DNA from: Octopus sinensis
Taxonomy: Eukaryota
Direction of reading: 5' to 3'
DNA: 64,000 nt
Assembly (NCBI RefSeq): GCF_006345805.1
Contig: NC_043008.1
Location: forward strand, 36,146,001-36,210,000
The notes under the pieces are model-generated. The model made no database searches. It was not told where the DNA came from and was given only the letters and a program-made list of their open reading frames with translations. The translations under genes were made by a program, and so were the position numbers. The first letter of the stretch is position 1. Each line of letters begins with the position of its first letter. Of this stretch, positions 26,381 through 38,699 are shown piece by piece.

Positions 26381-27309
26381 GTATTTTGTCTGGCTTGCTA
26401 ATGATTCTGCCAACTCACCCAGCCTCCCACCCAACTATTTGGTTAATATCATATCAACAAGAGAGTGTAGGCTTTTGTCCTGCTAGAGCTAACAGTCAAA
26501 TCTCCAGTCATCGAACATGATTAACAAGAAAAGAACATATGATAATGTAGTCTTAGACACAGGCACAAGCATGGTTGTATGGCTATGAAGTTTCCTTTGC
26601 AGCCAATCAGATGGTTTTGGGTTCAATCCCATAATGTGCCACTTTTGTTGCCAAATGTTTTCAACAATGAGTTGATCACTGCCTTGTGAGTGAAATATGG
26701 TTGATGGTATCATTGAAAGCTTGGTGTGTATCTATACACATATGCACACACACACACACACCACACACACACATGCACGCACATGCATACTTGTTTATAA
26801 GTATCAGCCAAATACTGTGACTCATTTAATCAAGTACATATACCTCACCCACCCCCAAATTTGTGCCCTTCTGCTAATGCTAGAAACCCTAACCTGTATT
26901 ATCATCATCGTTGTTGTTCTTGTTGTTAAAGAGGTTGAAAGGGAGAGAGGTGCCTGCCTGAGGTACTCTTAGCAGTTGGGGTGACCAGAACTCATCACTT
27001 TAAAGTTTACTTTTGCATGCTGGCATGGGTTAGATGGAATTTCTTGTGGCAGATTTTCTACAACCAGATTCTCTTCCTGTCAGTAAACCTCACTTGCTTT
27101 CCTATAGACAGACATGCTTCTTGCAGAATACTGGGAAGAACGACACTGCTTGTATGACAGTGACACTCATTCACAACTATCACGCAATGTCAAGACAAGG
27201 AGACATAAAAATATATATTCACACACAGCCACACGCACTCACATGCATACACACACACACACACACAAACTCATATTTGTATCTATATGTACAAATATTA
27301 AATGAGCTT

Positions 27310-27552
27310 CTTTCAGTTCTTATTTCTTTATTGCCTACAACGGGCTAAACATAGAGGGGACAAACAAGGACAGACAAAGGGATTAAGTCGATTACATCGA
27401 CCCCAGTGTGTAACTGGTACTTAATTTATCGATCCCAAAAGGATGAAAGGCAAAGTCAACCTCGGCGGAATTTGAACTCAGAACGTAACGGCAGACGAAA
27501 TACTGCTAAGTATTTTGCCCGGCATGCTAATGATTCTACCAGCTTGCCGCCT
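27310..27552 (-). mobile_element. Meta-domain-like SINE, young
   Basis: Reverse complement of the 19841 family. Confidence 0.85.
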
Positions 27553-27773
27553 TACTTCTTTCAGTTCTATCAACCAAAGACACTTGCCCAAGGTACCATA
27601 TTTTCAGCACTTTGAATTATTCACAATAGCTTTGTTAAAGTGAATGTTGCTCTAATTCCAGCATAGATACAACAACCAGAAGGCTTAGGTATAATGGAGT
27701 TCCAAGGCAAAAAAATAAGTAGGTGGGAGAATTTTGTAAAACCCAACAATGCTTTTTTGCTGCAGCATCTAAT

Positions 27774-27935
<162 letters not shown>

Positions 27936-28046
27936 TGGATCTGGACTGCTTTTATCCTCATGACAAGAAGAATAACAAACATTTCAAGATATCTTAGAAG
28001 AAATCCTCTCAATCAAGGTGTATATATATGTACACACACACACATA

Positions 28047-28590
28047 CAGGGGTTGGATAAAATAATGGAAACACCTAGCATCATAGCATCATAATTTTGA
28101 AATATCTATAAAACTGTCAAAAGCTTGTTTATTTTTTTGATTTTTGATTTATTATTAGTGTTGCTTAATATGTTTTGCTAAAATTGTTGTTTCTTATCAA
28201 ATATCTTCAGAAAAAGGTAATTAAAATTCATGAAAATGACAGATCTATCAGACTTTCAAAGAGGTCAAATTGTTAGTGTTCGTATGGCAGATGCTAGCTT
28301 AATGAATACAGCCGAAATGGTTTGTGTATCAAGAAGTAGTATCGAAAGTAATGACAGCCTTTGAGAAAGAGGGAAAAACCTCCTCGTCGAAACAAAACTC
28401 CAGAAGAAAACTAAAACGTTCAGACAGGGAATTGTTAGAAAGGATCACAAAAGTACAGCTCCCAAAATTACTGCAGAGCTTAATGACCACCTCAAGAACC
28501 CATTTTCCACAAAACCTGTTCTCTGGGAGGTGCACAAAGCTGGATTTCATGGGAGGGCTGCAATCAGGAAACCACTCCTTTCAAAAACAA
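28047..28590 (+). mobile_element. Tc1-like transposon 5' end (TIR plus transposase N-terminus), truncated
   Basis: TA|caggggttggataaaataatggaaacacc TIR; ATG at 28236 reads MTDLSDFQRGQIV...VSKVMTAFEKEGKTSS...KITAELNDHL...HGRAAIRKPLL across frameshifts. Confidence 0.88.
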
Positions 28591-29180
28591 ATGGCTGGGC
28601 AAGCACAAATTTCAAAGAGGGAGCAGGATGTTTATCAACTGCCACCACTGATGTGAAGATTCAACAAGCTGAGGAGATTGTTCTGGTAAACAGATAAGTG
28701 ACCATTGTTGAGGTGGCATGTCCTTTGCAAATTAGTTCAGCACACAAAATCATCCACGACAAGCTTCACTTCGTTAAATCTTTGCAAGATGGGAACCAAG
28801 AGACCTTGTCGAAGCCCATAAGTGCAATTGTGTAGAGATCTGTCAATGCTTACTCGATTGCTACAAAACTATGAAGGCGAAGTTTTTTTGGAGAGAATAG
28901 TCTTGTAGCAATCGAGTAAGCATTGACAGATCTCCACACAATTGCACTTATGGGCTTCGACAAGGTCTCTTGGTACCCATATTGCAAAGATTTAATGAAA
29001 TGAAGCTTGTCGTGGATGATTTTGTGTGCTGAACTAATTTGCAAAGGACATGCCACCTCAACAATGGTCACTTATCTGTTTACCAGAACAATCTATTCAA
29101 CTTGTTGAATCTTCACATCAGTGTTGGCAGTTGATAAACATCCTGCTCCCTCTTTGAATTTTGTGCTTGCCCAGCCATTT
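28588..29180. mobile_element. Mariner transposase internal fragment duplicated as a fold-back (about 285-bp arms, 24-nt loop)
   Basis: The left arm encodes ..STATTDVKIQQAEEIVL..VTIVEVA..SAHKIIHDKLHF..W.PRDL..EGEVFLERIV; the right arm is its reverse complement. Confidence 0.9.
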
Positions 29181-29474
29181 TAAAACTTCTTTATTCATTC
29201 ACACACTCCTCGATACAGTACAGTACTGTCCCTGAATTGCATTGAAAGCCTGTGACAAATTCCAGCTCCTGATAGACCTGCAGACCAGAGAAATCAGATC
29301 AGTGATCTCTGTTCTTGCTTGGTGCACACTGCCAATGGAGTGGCCATGCTTACTCTGTAACACAAGAAAGAAGGCTGGAGTGATCAAGATCAAACCTCAG
29401 TTACATAACCATAAATATCCCACCTTTTAACATGCAAACACTGAAGGTGGTGTGGCCAACCTTAAAAGAGTTTT

Positions 29475-29510
29475 GGCAAAAGTGCAGACAACTTTTGGCT
29501 TTCCCCAGTA
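29475..29510 (-). mobile_element. Mariner terminal inverted repeat (same family as 43669)
   Basis: Reverse complement ggaaagccaaaagttgtctgcacttttgcc matches gggaagtcaaaaattgtctgcacttttgcc at 43673. Confidence 0.7.
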
Positions 29511-30379
29511 CAGACACCTGTCAGTCAGTTCTGATTTAGTTAATATTATGTGTTATTCAATAAGATTCTTACTGTTGAAAGTTAATATTTTTAAGTACCA
29601 TATAGCCAAGAGGGAAAAAAAAAGAAAAAAAAAGAGAGAAGGTAACTAACACTTTTTAAGTTTATCATTATCCAGTACTTGAATCTGATTTGGCAAGCTT
29701 TGACACACACACACTGCCTATGACATGATAGGAACTAAAAGCTCTTCACTTAGCAATCCCACACCTTTTCCCACTTAACCAAATCTCAAGTTGGTTTTTA
29801 AAATTTGTGAAATATCTGTATTGGGTGTTATTTTTCTTTGTTTATTGTGTATTAATAATTGTATCTCACCCTGTTGTTGAAGGAAGTCATAAGCCAGGAC
29901 TGATCAAGCACTTCCTATAAGTAGAAGACATTCCAGCTGTGACTATCATGTTTCATTTTTTTTGTCAAACAAAGTGTCTCTCAGATTGCATTATCAAATT
30001 GGATTTTTTTTTTGTAAAAGCTGGAAGGATGTCATTTGAGAGAGATTTAGCTGCTGCTTCTTGCAAGTCAACTCTCTTGATAGCTCATTCAGTATATATG
30101 TGTGCATGCGTATATCTATATCTATCTATATGTGTGAGTCTGTGTGTATGTGAGTGTGTGTGTGTGTGTGTGTGTGCGTGCGGGCATGTGAGTGTGTGTG
30201 TATGTGCGTGTGCATGTGTGTGTGTGTATGTGTGTGTGTGAGTGTGTGTGTGTGAGTGTGTGTGTTTATGCATTTCTGTATGTGTGTGTATATTTGGGAA
30301 TTATTTGAGTGTATGTGTGTGTTATGTCTACAGGGATGTCATAGCTTTCTGCGTGTATGTGATTTTACATATGCATCTG

Positions 30380-30417
<38 letters not shown>

Positions 30418-30418
<1 letters not shown>

Positions 30419-30610
30419 TTGAAACTTATAGAAAAGCAAAGATGAAGACAGGTGTAGGAATAACAAGCAAGTGAATAAGTTACATGCTTGGGAAAAAGGG
30501 AAAAGCCTTTTATGTTTCAAGCTTATGCTCTTTGACAGAAAGCAATAAGAGGAAATAAGCAGATAAAGAATGAAAAAAACATGTTGAGTTCAGCGGTCCA
30601 ACATGGCGAA
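30418..30610 (-). mobile_element. About 190-bp (TA)n-flanked repeat with a decayed hammerhead motif (30507-30542)
   Basis: Minus strand cttt CTGTCAA a gagc ataa gctt GAAA c a T A aaag; same layout as 44404-44597. Confidence 0.55.
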
Positions 30611-30627
30611 TATATATATATATATAT

Positions 30628-31562
30628 CATCATCATCATCCTCATCGTTTAACGTCCGTTTTCCACGCTAGCATGGGTTGGACGGTTCGACCGGAGTCTG
30701 GGAAGCCAGGGGCTGCACCAGGCTCCAGTCTGATCTGGCAGTGTTTCTACAGCTGGATGCCCTTCCTAACGCCAACCACTCCGCGAGTGTAGTGGGTGCT
30801 TTTTACGTGCCACCGGCACAGGTGCCAGGGGAGTCTGGTTTCGGCCACGATCAGTTGGTGCTTTTAACGTGCCACCGGCACGGAAGCCAGCCAAGGCGGC
30901 GCTGGCATCGGCCACGTTCAGATGGTGCTTTTTATGTGCCACTGGCACAGGTATCGCAACTACTATTTCCATTGATATTTATTTCGATGTTCATGTACTT
31001 GACTCAACAGGTCTCCTCAAGCACAGCGGGATGTTCTGGAATCCAAGGTACTTTGAATGGGCAGGGGCTATGCGGAACTGGTGCAGGAAGCAGCCCGAGT
31101 CTTTGCAGTCACAGCATATCTCCAGAGATCTTGGTCCTTCGCCATTGCCTCAGTGAGGCCCAACGCTCTGAGGTCATGCTTGACTACCTCATCCCATGTC
31201 TTCCTGGGTCTACCTCTCCCCCTTATTCCTTCAACTGTTTGGGAGTGGCACTTCTTCACACATCTCTCCTCATCCATCCGCAGTACATGACCATACCATC
31301 GCAAGCATCGCTCTTGCACACCACATCTGATGCTTCTTATGTCCAACATTTCTCTCAGGGTGCTTACACTCTGCCGTACGTGCACACTGACATTACACAT
31401 CCAGCGGATCATGCTAGCTTCATTTCTTTCAAGTCTACGCATGTCCTCTGCAGTCACGGCCCGTATTTCACTACCGTGAAGCATGGCAGTTCGCACACAT
31501 GCATCATACAATCTATCTTTCACTCTGAGTGAGAGACCCTTTGTCGCCAGTAGGGGTAGGAG
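30628..31562 (-). mobile_element. RTE LINE 3' end (RT C-terminus, tandem-repeat 3' UTR, (GAT)n tail), 5'-truncated
   Basis: LPLLATKGLSLRVK.RLYDACVRTAMLHGSE...LRWYGHVLRM...GRGRPRKTWDEVV. Confidence 0.92.
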
Positions 31563-31589
31563 TATATATATATATATATAGGGGTAGGG

Positions 31590-31614
<25 letters not shown>

Positions 31615-31620
<6 letters not shown>

Positions 31621-32373
31621 TGGTATGGGCATGTGGCGAGAATGGATGAAGATAGTTGTGTGAAAAAGTGCCACACCCTAGCGGTTGAGGGAACCTGTGG
31701 AAGAGGCAGACCCAGGAAAACCTGGGACGAGGTGGTGAAGCACGACCTTTGAACTTTAGGTCTCACTGAGGAAATGACTAGAGACCGAGACCTCTGGAAG
31801 TGTGCTGTGCGCGAGAAGACCTGGCAGGACAAGTGAGACCATAACCCGTGGCCTTCTACATGGGATGGAGCCAGCCTACGTATGCATACCTTCCTTTCTT
31901 GGGACACAAAACTCTACTTGTGAAGACCTGTTGAGGCAAGTGAGGATCAGAATCGAAATCGATCAATGGAAATTGCAGATGAGTTACCAGTGCCAGTGGC
32001 ATGTAAGAGAACCATCCGTTCGTGACCGTTGCCAGCGCCGCCCCGACTGGCCTCGTGCCGGTGGCATGTAAAAAGCACCATCCGTTTGTGTCCGTTGCCA
32101 GCCTCGCCTGGCCCCCATGCCGGTGGTACATAAAAGCACCATCCGTTCGTGGCCGTTTGCCAGCTCTGTCTGGCACCTGTGCGGGTGGCACGTAAAAAGC
32201 ACCCACTACACTCACGGAGTGGTTGGCGTTAGGAAGGGCATCCAGCCGTAGAAACACTGCCAGATCTGACTGGGCCTGGTGCAGCCTTCCGGCTTCACAG
32301 ACCCCAGTTGAACCGTCCAACCCATGCTAGTATGGTAACGGACGCTAAACGATGATGATGATGATGATGATGA
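31615..32373 (+). mobile_element. RTE LINE 3' end, 5'-truncated
   Basis: MRWYGHVARMDEDSCVKKC...GRGRPRKTWDEVVKHDL, followed by tggc(a)cgtaaaaagcacc tandem units and a (GAT)n tail. Confidence 0.92.
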
Positions 32374-32394
32374 TATATATATATATATTATAGT

Positions 32395-32828
32395 ATATGA
32401 GAATGTTAGTATGTCAGTGTGTCACACTTTTTCAACTTTACTCCTAGAGGCCATAGCTCAACATATCATACCATTTTGGAATCAGGCCGACATTCCAGGC
32501 TGAATCCGGACACACAATCCCGAAATTTTGGATTCCCAAGTTTTCATTATTGCGATTGGTTTTGGTGATTTTTTATGTGACTTATTGCAATTAATTTTTT
32601 TTGTATGATAACAATTTTTATAGCTTGGAAATATATTTTGGGAATAATTGAAATTAATTGCAAAATCCAGGGATTATTTTTGGTGATCTCTTTACTGGAT
32701 TTTTTTGTGACGAATAGGATCATCATAAGGAAATACCTCTGGAGGAAGCAATTGCAACAAATTCTCCAAAACAAGTCAGAGATCTGCTTGCGGATCTTCC
32801 CATTCGGAGTCATTAACTTAAAAGCTAG
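32395..32828 (+). mobile_element. Helitron-derived fragment
   Basis: Contains LEEAIATNSPKQVRDLLA (RepHel-like) and ends CTAG|T at 32825-32829. Confidence 0.55.
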
Positions 32829-32834
32829 TGTGTT

Positions 32835-32866
<32 letters not shown>

Positions 32867-34207
32867 AATATATATATGCATATGTAGATGGGCGTATGTG
32901 TGTCTAAGAGGATCAATTATTTGTACTTAAGCAGTGGAAGTGGTGGTGGTTGTGGAAGTTGTATTGGCGGTGGTGGTGATTGTGGCGGCGGTGGTAGTGG
33001 TGGTAGTTGTGGTTGTGGTGGTTGTGGTGGTGATGGTGGTCTTGGTAGTAGTGGTTGTGGCAGTTATATTGGCGGTGGTGGTAGTGATTGTGGTGGCAGT
33101 GGTAGTGGTGGTAGTTGTGGTGGTGGTGGTGGTGGGAGTAGTTGTTATTGTTGTTGTTGTTGCAGTGGGGGTGGTGGGGGTGGTTGCTGCTGTTGCTATT
33201 GTGGTAGTGGTGGTGGCAACCAAGAATTTCAAGGACTCAACCCCAGAAAAACTGAAGACCGGAAAACCAATCCTTCATTATTTCAAACAATGCAATACCA
33301 CTTGACCTTCTAACACAGGCACAAGACCAGAAATTTGATGAAAAGAGATTAGTTGATTAAATTAACTTAAATACTTGACTGATACTTTGTTTTATCAGTT
33401 CAGGAAGGATGAAAGACAAGCGTGACTTGGACAGGATGGGATTTTAAAGCATAAAGAATCAGAAGAAATAGTGAATAGTATAGATAAATGTACAGATCTT
33501 TATTTGAAAGCTTTAGCTGTAGAGATTGCAGGTGATGTGAAAACATTTTATTGCTTTGCTCTCATAAGTAAACTGAGAATGGTTGAGAACCCTCTTAAAA
33601 TCTATGTGAAGAATGCATTCTTATTCTTTGGCTATCCACTGAACTATTGATCTAAAGTGATACATACTCACAAACACACACACGTGCATACATACATCAT
33701 GCATACATATATACATAAAAATACACACACACACACACACATGCACACACATATACATAAGTAGCTTGTTGGGATATGACATAAATAATTATCTTGCTGA
33801 TTTTCAGGATGCTTGCGTGGAAGGAATATTTGTAGAAGACTGGTACAGACGTATCTAAATGGCCAATGACATTACTATCTCACATTCTGTCTCTTCCCAC
33901 AACCTCTGAATCTGTAATTGTCTGTAACTCACTGAGAATATGTAAGTATATTATGCATGTATGTATGTATGTATGTATGTATGTATGTATGTATGTATGT
34001 ATGTATGTATGTATGCACGTATGTATGTGTGCGTGCATGTATAAAGAAAAAATCTTCAATCAAAGATCAAAGAGATCACAAATCTGAAAAGGTCTCTATA
34101 CAAGACTTGGCCGAACAGATGCTAAAATTGTCCTATGTACATATGTGTGTATGTGTGTGTGTGTACGTGTGCATCTGGAAGTATGTGCATGTGTTTGCAT
34201 GTGTACT

Positions 34208-34269
<62 letters not shown>

Positions 34270-34274
<5 letters not shown>

Positions 34275-34451
34275 TCTTTACTACCCACAAGGGGCTAAAC
34301 ACAGAGGGGACAAACAAGGACAGACAAAGGGATTAAGTCGATTACATCGACCCCAGTGCGTAACTGGTACTTAATTTATCGACCCCGAAAGGATGAAAGG
34401 CAAAGTCGACCTTGGCGGAATTTGAACTCGGAACGTAAAAATTCCGCCGAG

Positions 34452-34452
<1 letters not shown>
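34270..34452 (-). mobile_element. Meta-domain-like SINE, young, 5'-truncated with a short terminal inversion
   Basis: Near-identical to 27310; ends in a 14-bp inverted repeat. Confidence 0.85.
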
Positions 34453-34495
<43 letters not shown>

Positions 34496-35689
34496 CAAAT
34501 TAAATGGGTGGCTATTAGATATTTGAACCTAATTTAATAGAGGTCACAAAAATGATAGAAGGTACAGACCAGCACCAGTTATTGCTAGAAACAAGAGTTA
34601 AAACAACTCAAAATAGACAAAACCACTGCCTTAATGACTAACAAAGGGAGGTAAGTCCTTAGCATATATATAGTCGGATCGAACGATTTCGGATTTTGAT
34701 GTGAACCATCTTATTCCTATATGATAGGCTTTTTTCCATTTCCTGTCTACAAAATCCACTCACAGCGCTGAGGCTATAGTAGAAGACACTTGCCCAAGGT
34801 GCCACACAGTGGGACTGAACCCAGAACCATGTAGTTGGGAAGCAAGCTTCTAAGCACACAGCTACATCTTGGATAGCTTTCTTTTTCTGAATTCAGCTCA
34901 GAAGACATTGACAAAATATTAACTAAACCAAAGATACAGTATACAATGATCCAAGTGGAATTGAACCTGGAAAGATGTGTTCACAAAATGAACTTCTGAT
35001 CTCTACAGCTATTGATTATTTTATCCATATATCTATTTCTCTTCTACGGATCAATATAATACCATCAATAATTGCTTTCCACCATAGATGTTTCCTGATA
35101 TATAAATACCTTGAAATTGAACAGAGAATGAAGAAAATGGTTTAATAAATTCTTATATCTTTGTTAGAGTTGTTATTGTTCTTGACATCATTTCAGACTC
35201 TCTCACCCATTTCGCTAAAATTCTTCAAAACTAATCAGTTAATTGCAAATAACTTACAGATCTTACTCTTTGCTTCCTTCTCTTCCAATCAACCTCTGAC
35301 CTTCCATTTCTTCTTCTTCTTCGTCATCACCACCACCCAATAGTTCTCCCTACCACACATTCTAAAGTTTCTTTTTGTCTTTCTCTTACAACCATTCCTT
35401 AGCAAACACCCTCAGAGCCCCACCCTGACCCTGCACGTTTCCTCATCACTGCCTTTCACTGCTTCTCTCGGCTGTGCATCATAACTCTCATTTCTCTTCC
35501 TCCAAATATCCCTCTGTACCATCTCCTCCTCCTCCTCCTCCTCCTCCTCCGTTACACCCTCCCACCCACATCTACTGACATTGAATTAACAAAATGTCTG
35601 TTGTTGATGGAGATGAATAAACTAAATGGTGAGGGGCATGGCAGGGGAATGACACAAGACAAATAAGTGTGGGAGGTGTTTCATGGAGC

Positions 35690-36165
35690 GAAGAAGAAGT
35701 AGAAGAAGAAGAAGAAGAAGAAGAAGAAGAAGAAGAAGAAGAAGAAGAAGAAAATGAAGAAGGAGAAAAAGAAGAAGAAGAAGAAGAAGAAGAAGAAGAA
35801 GAGAAAAGAAGAAGAAAAAGAAGAAGAAGAAGAAGAAAAAGAAGAAGAAGGAGAAAAAGAAGAAAAAGAAGGAGAAAAAGAAGAAGAAAATGAAGAAGAA
35901 AAAAGGAGAAAAAGAAAAAGAAGAAAAAGGAGAAAAAGAAGAAGGAGGAGGAGGAGGAGAAGAAGAAGGAGGAGGAGGAGGAGAAGAAGAAGGAGGAGAA
36001 GAAGAAGGAGGAGGAGGAGAAGAAGAAGAAGGAGGAGAGGAGGAAGAGAAGAAGAAGAAGAAGAAGGAGGAGGAGAAAGAAGAAGAAGAAGGAGGAGGAG
36101 GAGGAGAAGAAGAAGAAGGAGGAGGAGAAGAAGAAGAAGGAGAAGAAGAAGAAGGAAACAATATA
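35690..36165. repeat. (GAA)n/(GGA)n polypurine tract, about 475 bp
   Basis: Directly visible. Confidence 0.97.
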
Positions 36166-36287
36166 TGAGATGCGTACATGTCAATGTATTGCATGTTTAT
36201 AAACATATGCAAACACATGAGCATATACATTCTCTCTTGCTATCTCTCTTTCTCTCTCCTCCTCCTCTGTCTATCTCTTAGTGTGTG

Positions 36288-36328
<41 letters not shown>

Positions 36329-36329
36329 T

Positions 36330-36722
36330 CTTTTATTCTATTATTTGTTTCAGTCATTTGACTGCAGCCATGCTGGAGCGCCACCTTTAGTCGAACAAAT
36401 TGACCCCAGGACTTATTCTTTGTAAGCCTAGTACTTATCCTATTGGTCTCTTTTGTTGAACTGCCAAGTTATGGGTATGTAAACACACCTACATCGGTTG
36501 TCAAGTGATGGTGAGGGGACAAACACTGACACACACACACACACGCACACACACACACACATACATAAGACGGGCTTCTTTCCATTTCCGTCTACCAAAT
36601 CTATTCACAAAGCTTTGGTTGGCCTGAAGCTATAGTAGAAGACACTTGCCCAAGATGCCACGCCATGGGACTGAACTGAGAACCATGTGGTTGGTAAGCA
36701 AGCTACTTACCACACAGCCACT
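36330..36722 (-). mobile_element. CORE-like SINE
   Basis: As 15715. Confidence 0.85.
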
Positions 36723-36796
36723 ACTAATTACATATATATACGAGTGACTGAACAAATGAAAGAAGGGTACTCAACAAATTCATTGGAAGTTACATC

Positions 36797-36958
36797 TATG
36801 GATCAAAACAGTTTGATTCAATTCATTGGTACTCTTGAGTTTCAAGTGTGATGCTAGTCGTCAGCCATTTTGAATTTGAATCAAAATAGCTGATGACTAG
36901 CATCATGCTTGAAACTCAAGAGTACCAATGAATTTAAATCAAACTGTTTTGATCCATA
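36797..36958. repeat. Inverted repeat, 77/78-bp arms, 7-nt loop
   Basis: Arms about 92% identical by hand alignment. Confidence 0.92.
36887..36927 (+). ncRNA. Candidate type I hammerhead ribozyme (mirror copy on the minus strand at 36827-36867)
   Basis: t(a/g)g CTGA(T/C)GA ct agca tca tgct t GAAA ct caag ag T A cca; stem II register is imperfect. Confidence 0.4.
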
Positions 36959-37107
36959 TATTTTCATTTGAATATTTATAAACCAAGATTTATATTTAGA
37001 TCTATTATTTTATGAATATCGCTATTCACAAAAAATACTAGGCAATGAACCAGTAATTCATTGGATATTTTTATCCCTTAGTGAGGCTATTTTATCTTCT
37101 ACTTAAG

Positions 37108-37138
<31 letters not shown>

Positions 37139-37206
37139 GCATATATCTATATATATATATTTGTATATCATCATCATCATCATTCAACATCCATATTCCA
37201 TGTATA

Positions 37207-38694
37207 TCTATTATATAAAATCTGTTCTGTCTGTCTGTGTGTGTGTCTTTTAGAATCTCGGGCATCCTCCATCTGATTGTGCTCAAATTTGATATGTAGA
37301 TACCTACGGTATCAGGGTGTGTATAAGTCTTTAAAAAATTACAAAAATCGATTCCAGGTGAGAATGCGATCAATAAAGAGTATTGAAAAGGTTGCAAGAT
37401 GCAACGAAAATTTTAGGAAAATAAAAAAAGAAATAAGAGGAAATTTTACTGGTGAGCGTGTTACATTATAAGGCACAAAAAAAAATGACTCTCCCCAGAC
37501 ACAACAGTATATATATATATATCTCTTATTATAAAAGGCAGATTTTATCTGCCTCCCTTTGCAGTTATAGAAATCTACAATATAGGATTTCTTCAATTAC
37601 AATTTACCTAGCATTTTTAAGAGTAGAATGCATCGGGTTTTGCCAGGTCCAGTTTTTAAAATTTAAACTCCAATTATGCAAAATTTACAGAAAACTCACA
37701 TTCTGGTGTGTATGTCAAATGCTTTTCTTAGTCTGGTTTACAGCACACGCAAACGCACACACACAGTGTGCAACGAATAAAGTGAAACTAGATGTAATAT
37801 TTGTTTCTGTCTATCACGCTGATAGATACATGAGTAAAATGTATGGCAAGCTAACAGATAAGAGTGAGTGAAAATGTTCTTGGAAGAAAGTAAATAGCGA
37901 CAGAGTGATTTGAGGAAGACTAAACTGAAAGTATGAAACAGTGTTTATGTATAAACAGACGACACTTATATAAACCCTTTCGTTACCAAACCGCCCGAAT
38001 TTACCTATTCATATTTAAATGAGAATATCAGAGTAAATCTCTTTAGTACATTCGTGAAAACACGTATTATACTTCGTAAACACTTCAAATACAGTTTTGT
38101 ACAAAAATCGAAGTGTAATTTTAATTCCGTGAATTATGGGAGATTTTTTTCCGAAATTTGTTCCTATTGTGTTTTCAAAATTTGTAATTCTGACAAAAAA
38201 TGGATACGAATTTCATTATATCAAGCAGCGAGTCAGAATTCGAAGGTTTTTCTACTGAAGACCTTCATAAATCTAACTCTATGACTGAAAAAAAAAGCAT
38301 CTTTATATAAGAGTGAAGTTGTGTGTCTGTCTCCTACGATTTAGATTCATAACTACTCCCACATTTTGTGGTGCAGTTTAACCAAAAGCGGGTATCTTAT
38401 AGTCGTGATTCATATCGAGCCCTTCTGGGTATTAGCGCGTGTCTACGATGAGTCTACGATTTAAAAAAAATTTACCATCATATTTTTCCATTTTAATGCA
38501 TTTTTTTCGCTTTTATATAAGGGAAGTAACTCTCTAAAAATATCTACGATGTGTCAACGATTTAAAAAAAAAATTTACCTTAATTTTTTTTCAATTTTTA
38601 ATGCATTTTTTGCTATTTTTTGGCTATAACTCTCTAAAAATGCTTATATAGTTATTTCCCTTACAACCCGAGCAACGCCGGGCGATACTGCTAG
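37207..38694 (+). mobile_element. Composite non-autonomous Helitron
   Basis: A|TC starts at 37207, 37522 and 38300; 3' hairpin cccgagcaacgccggg (38667-38682) then CTAG|T at 38691-38695. Confidence 0.75.
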
Positions 38695-38699
38695 TATAT

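Noticed and set aside
30678-31532. 284-aa plus-strand ORF
   Set aside because: Antisense shadow of the RTE 3' end.
35622-36281. Poly-E/K/R/G and poly-S/F/L ORFs
   Set aside because: Read-through of (GAA)/(GGA) repeats; no splice or codon evidence.
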